Shown in pieces: positions 60,120 to 64,000 of a DNA stretch of 64,000 bases. The stretch lies in the NCBI GenBank assembly GCA_965217775.1, contig CBDCJH010000002.1, forward strand, positions 6,208,001 through 6,272,000. The letters run 5' to 3'. The DNA comes from Acidobacteriota bacterium (GTDB lineage Bacteria; Acidobacteriota; UBA6911; RPQK01; JAJDTT01). Position numbers and translations under genes: made by a program. The notes under the pieces were generated by a model. The model searched no databases. It was not told where the DNA came from and worked only from the letters and a program-made list of their open reading frames with translations. Position 1 is the stretch's first letter. Each line of letters starts with the position of its first letter.

Positions 60120-61268
60120 CTACGGCTCCTGGATGGCCTCCGGAACCAAATCTCCCAATCCGAGTCCGGGGGAAGTGGGCAGTTCCAGATAACCTCCGCT
60201 CTGTTCCAGGGGATGTTCGAACAGCCCCCGGTGAGCCGTCTCCAGGCGCAGGAGGTCGTCAGGCAGGGACCGGAAACCGGCGAAGGCCGGGTACTCGATC
60301 AGGATGCCGTTTCCCACCGTGGCCAGAACGTTCAGGTGGGCGGCGACGGCAATTCCGGTCCAGGGACAATGGGGGATGCAAAGGAGGCCTTCTTCCTCCG
60401 ATTGCCGAGCCACTTGAACCATCTGCGTGATGCCCATCTGTTGGGCGTCCGGCTGGATGACGTCCACCGCCCGCCGCTTGAGGAAGGGCTGGAAATCAGT
60501 GGAGGTGGTCAAGCTTTCGCCGGTGGCGATCTTGATCCGGGAAGCCCGGGTCAGGGCGGCGAAGCCGTCGACGTCGAAGGGGTGGAGGGGTTCCTCCAGG
60601 AAGAAGACGTCGAATTCCTCCAGCAGGCGGGCGACCCGCACGGCGTCCTTGGCGGTCCAACTCCGGTCCAGGTAGGCGGGGCAGCCGAAGTCGATCATCA
60701 GTCGGGTCTCGGGACCGATGGCCTCGCGGATCAGGACCAGGCCCTCCAGATCCTCAGGTCTGAAATAGTTGCCCCAGCCGAACTTCACCGCCTGGAACCC
60801 CTCCTCCATGTAAGCCCGGCATTCTCGAACCAGTTCTTCCGGAGACTTGTGCCGGGGCCGGCCGGCACGCAGCGCCGGCAGATCGAAGGCGGTGGCGCTG
60901 GCGTAGACCATGATGCGGGACTGGACCGCACCGCCCAACAGCTTGTAGATGGGCAACCCTCGAGCCTTGCCCGTCAGGTCCCAGAGAGCCAGATCGATGG
61001 CGCTCATGGCATTGACGGCCAAGCCCCCTTCGCCACCCCGGCCCCGCTGCGCCTGCCAGGTCTCGAACATCTTGCGCCAGAGCCGGTTCGTATCGGTGGG
61101 GTCCTCACCCAGCAGCAGGTCGCCAAGGGACCCGGGGCCCTCCTCCACCAGCGCCCGCACCGCCGGTGCATGCGCGGAAGTGGCGCCGATCCCGGAATAT
61201 CCCTCGTCTGTCGTGATGCGAACCAGGCAGGGATTGTCCCCCAGCACCTGGCACCCGGTGATCCTCAT
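60120..61268 (-). CDS. Mandelate racemase-subgroup enolase (probable acid-sugar dehydratase)
   Basis: SAIDLALWDL, YKLLGG, metal ligands MID/LEEP/GES, QPD, IPH. Confidence 0.9.
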   Translation of the reverse strand: MRITGCQVLGDNPCLVRITTDEGYSGIGATSAHAPAVRALVEEGPGSLGDLLLGEDPTDTNRLWRKMFETWQAQRGRGGEGGLAVNAMSAIDLALWDLTGKARGLPIYKLLGGAVQSRIMVYASATAFDLPALRAGRPRHKSPEELVRECRAYMEEGFQAVKFGWGNYFRPEDLEGLVLIREAIGPETRLMIDFGCPAYLDRSWTAKDAVRVARLLEEFDVFFLEEPLHPFDVDGFAALTRASRIKIATGESLTTSTDFQPFLKRRAVDVIQPDAQQMGITQMVQVARQSEEEGLLCIPHCPWTGIAVAAHLNVLATVGNGILIEYPAFAGFRSLPDDLLRLETAHRGLFEHPLEQSGGYLELPTSPGLGLGDLVPEAIQEP

Positions 61269-61274
61269 GGCGGA

Positions 61275-61280
61275 ATTATA
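61275..61280 (-). promoter_or_regulatory. -10 box for a probably leaderless enolase transcript
   Basis: TATAAT-TCCGCC-ATG on the minus strand; no SD sequence. Confidence 0.55.
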
Positions 61281-61286
61281 AACAGC

Positions 61287-62837
61287 TCAAGATGCGGGGT
61301 CGGATCGTCGGGCTTGAGACGCGAAGTCCCTGGCTCCGACCCACGGGGCGCCGACGCGCCGGAAGAACGCCACACGGCGGCGAATCTCCTCTGAAGAGGG
61401 CCGGTCCAGGTGGCTGATCAGAAGCCCCAGAAGGCAGATGCCCGGCATCAGGTAGACGTAGATCCAGCGGGCCCAGACCGGATAGGGAACGACTGGGTCG
61501 GCCAGCACGTTGGCGTAGATGGCGACCGCCAGACCCAGGATCCAACCCAGCACCAGACAGACGGTCGCGGCTCGCCGACTCGCTTTCCACCAGAGAAACC
61601 CGAAGACGCAGGGGAAGAACATGGCCGCAAAGAGGGTATTCCCGAAGAGGTTGATGACGACCAGCAACTTGCCCAGCAGCGTCGTGCAGAGCAGGAGGGT
61701 GATGAGGCCCATGACCAACGTGATTCTTCGGCCCACCCTCAACTGGTCCGCGTCCGTGGCCTCAGGCCTGATCCACCCTTTGTAGAAGTCCCGGACGATC
61801 ATGGCCGAGGTGGTGTTCCAGATGCTGGACATGGTGGTCTGGCAGACGGCGAAGAGCATGGCCAGCATCAGCCCGCGGACGCCGGGTCCCAGAAACAGGT
61901 TCATGGCCCCACCTACGGCCTGGTCCGGATCCTGCAGGCCGGGATGGTGCCCGTGATAGATGAGCGTGGCGATCTGACTGCAGGCATAGAGGAGGGTGGT
62001 GGCCAGGGCGGCGATTCCCACGGCGGCGAAGGCGGTCTTCTCGTTGCGGGCCGCGAACATCCGCTGCCCGTACCAGGGGGCCAGGGGATAGCAAAGGAGG
62101 ATGACCACGTTCAGCGTGACGATGAAATGGAGGGGTAGAACCGGGTCGGGATCCACAGTTTGGTAGGAGTGGAGCAGGGGTTCCGGCGAGGCATACTGGA
62201 GGGCGCTGATGGCCAGGAGTGGCAGTACCACTACGGTGACCACCAATGATGCCGTGTCGGTGAAGGCCACAGAGATGAGTCCGCCGGCCCAGGTGAAGAT
62301 GAGGACGGTCGTGCTGATCACCAGGGCCGTCCAGACCAGGGTACGGTCCGCCGTGATCCAGCCCGGGACCAGCGCTCCCGAGGGCGGGAGGCCCAGCGCC
62401 GAGGAGAAGGTCTTGCTGGTGGCGATGAGGTACCCCGAAGAGAAGAGGGTCAAGATCAACGTCGTGCACAGACTGACGGCTCGACGCAATCCCAAGGAGT
62501 ATCTGGCCTCGAACATCTCGGCGATGCTCACCGCCTGGAGCCGCTGCCAGCGGCGCGCCACCAGCAGGCCGTAGCTGCCGAGTCCGACGATGAAGATCAG
62601 GCAGAGCCAGGCGGCGCGGGGTCCGGCCGTGTAGCTGATGCTCCCGAACCAGATCATGGTGGAGGGATTGAACTCGGTCATCACCAGCGTGCCCACCAGG
62701 GCGAACAGGCCCAGTTGCCTGCCGGCGACGGTGTAGTCCAATGAGGTGCGGACGCGGCGCGCCACCCAGAGTCCGTAGCCAAGGGCGCCGAGGGCGTAGA
62801 GCGCCACGATGCCCAGGTCGATCCAGTTCCCGCTCAT
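61287..62837 (-). CDS. Sodium:solute symporter (SSS) family transporter
   Basis: DYTVAGRQL, AGGLISVAFTD, QRMFAAR, RDFYK; many TM helices. Confidence 0.88.
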   Translation of the reverse strand: MSGNWIDLGIVALYALGALGYGLWVARRVRTSLDYTVAGRQLGLFALVGTLVMTEFNPSTMIWFGSISYTAGPRAAWLCLIFIVGLGSYGLLVARRWQRLQAVSIAEMFEARYSLGLRRAVSLCTTLILTLFSSGYLIATSKTFSSALGLPPSGALVPGWITADRTLVWTALVISTTVLIFTWAGGLISVAFTDTASLVVTVVVLPLLAISALQYASPEPLLHSYQTVDPDPVLPLHFIVTLNVVILLCYPLAPWYGQRMFAARNEKTAFAAVGIAALATTLLYACSQIATLIYHGHHPGLQDPDQAVGGAMNLFLGPGVRGLMLAMLFAVCQTTMSSIWNTTSAMIVRDFYKGWIRPEATDADQLRVGRRITLVMGLITLLLCTTLLGKLLVVINLFGNTLFAAMFFPCVFGFLWWKASRRAATVCLVLGWILGLAVAIYANVLADPVVPYPVWARWIYVYLMPGICLLGLLISHLDRPSSEEIRRRVAFFRRVGAPWVGARDFASQARRSDPAS

Positions 62838-62843
62838 GGCGGG

Positions 62844-63863
62844 CTAGTCTTCCCGGGCCCAATCGAACACGGCGGCGATGAGATCCTTGGAGTGCTCCAG
62901 CGCCAGCTCGTACGCTTCCTTCATGCGCTCGGGCGGGAAGCGGTGGGTGATCAGGGAATCGAATCGCATGTCCCTGGTGGCCAGGAGGCTCATGATGTAC
63001 TGGAGGTTCCTGCGAATGTTGAACCGCAGGTCCGAGGCCGGAGCATCGGTGCCGGGAGCATAGCCGGCACCCAGAAGCGTGAGCTGCTTGGCATAGAACC
63101 AGTCGGGGTCCAAGGGATTGAAATCGGGCGGTTCCTGGAACCTTCCGGGAAAGCCCAGGATACTGATCCGTCCTCCGGTGCGGGCGATGTCCACCGAGAG
63201 CCGGTACGCGGGCCAGGGATTCGCGGTGAGAACGACCAGATCCGTCCCCTCTTCACCGAAGGTCTGAGCGAGGCAGTCGGCGAGACCGGGATCCCGGTAC
63301 TCGACGGCGGCATGAGCACCCATCTTCAGGGCCGCCTCCGACCGCTTGGGGGAGTTGGAGATGGCGACGACCTTGGCGCCCATGGCCCGGGCCAGTCCCG
63401 CGGTGCACAGTCCGATCACCCCCAGACCGACAATGGCCACGTTCTCTCCCGTCTCGTACCGAGCCTGACGCAGTCCGGCCAAGCCCAGATGGGTGAGATA
63501 GGCCAGCGACGCCTCATCGGAGGGGACCCCGTCCGGAATCGGAGTCAGCACCTCGTCGTCGCTGGCGATGAAGGCGGATTGGTGGTAGTGGCGCGAGAAG
63601 ATCCTCTGGCCCGGACTGAATTGGGTGACCGCCGAGCCCACTTTGCGAACGACTCCCACGTTGGAGTATCCCACCTGGCGCGGGTAGTCGGGCGCGTCGG
63701 GAACATAAGTGGAGTCGCCCAGGTAGTTGCCCAGATCGGTTCCCGTGGAAAGGGCCGAAACCAGGGTCTCCACGTAGAGCTGGTTCGGTCCCGGAGCATC
63801 GACGTCGAGGTCCCGTTCCTCCACTCGAAGGTCCCTGGCGCCGTACAGTATGGCCGCTTTCAT
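62844..63863 (-). CDS. MDR-family dehydrogenase lacking the canonical Zn ligands
   Basis: MKAAILYG, STGTD and GYS in place of C..GHE, GLGVIG Rossmann motif, ITHRF. Confidence 0.87.
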   Translation of the reverse strand: MKAAILYGARDLRVEERDLDVDAPGPNQLYVETLVSALSTGTDLGNYLGDSTYVPDAPDYPRQVGYSNVGVVRKVGSAVTQFSPGQRIFSRHYHQSAFIASDDEVLTPIPDGVPSDEASLAYLTHLGLAGLRQARYETGENVAIVGLGVIGLCTAGLARAMGAKVVAISNSPKRSEAALKMGAHAAVEYRDPGLADCLAQTFGEEGTDLVVLTANPWPAYRLSVDIARTGGRISILGFPGRFQEPPDFNPLDPDWFYAKQLTLLGAGYAPGTDAPASDLRFNIRRNLQYIMSLLATRDMRFDSLITHRFPPERMKEAYELALEHSKDLIAAVFDWARED

Positions 63864-64000
63864 GATGCTGTCTCCCTGTCGTATCGACTTGATCAGTGAC
63901 GGCACCGTCACGGACCACTCACAAGAGTCCTGAATTCAACAAGGGCGCAGGATATAGCAACCGGTTGGGTGGGACAACCAACCGAGCCGGGCGAGCGGGA

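Overview
High-GC bacterial chromosome segment, probably Acidobacteriota (inferred from gene order and gene families, not from a search). It has three zones. (1) 1-16.4 kb is accessory/envelope DNA: a uronate-isomerase-like enzyme, a BNR/sialidase-fold lipoprotein, tRNA-Thr, a tandem array of four secreted paralogs, an M16 peptidase pair, an AI-2E/hydrolase/NTPase operon and an ECF sigma module. (2) 16.7-45.7 kb is housekeeping core: an S41 protease homolog with altered catalytic residues, hup, tRNA-Val, thrS-infC(AUU start)-rpmI-rplT-pheST-zapBA-6S-rny-ymdB, uvrA, tgt-yajC-secDF, tonB-exbB-exbD-exbD-TPR, rel, rpmB, hbd, recA and tRNA-Gln, with two MITE-like families and REP-like repeats interspersed. 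(3) 45.7-64 kb is a catabolic enzyme cluster in which several enzymes have non-canonical active sites. The best candidate for an undescribed system is the four-gene array at 2885-5273. Each protein has a signal peptide, a conserved Sm/SH3-like beta domain, a glycine-zipper hairpin with a hypervariable tip and a conserved C-terminal strand, and each gene has a related 5' leader. No CRISPR array, integrase, transposase or rRNA was seen. Product calls come from motif recognition only; start codons were adjusted by eye.
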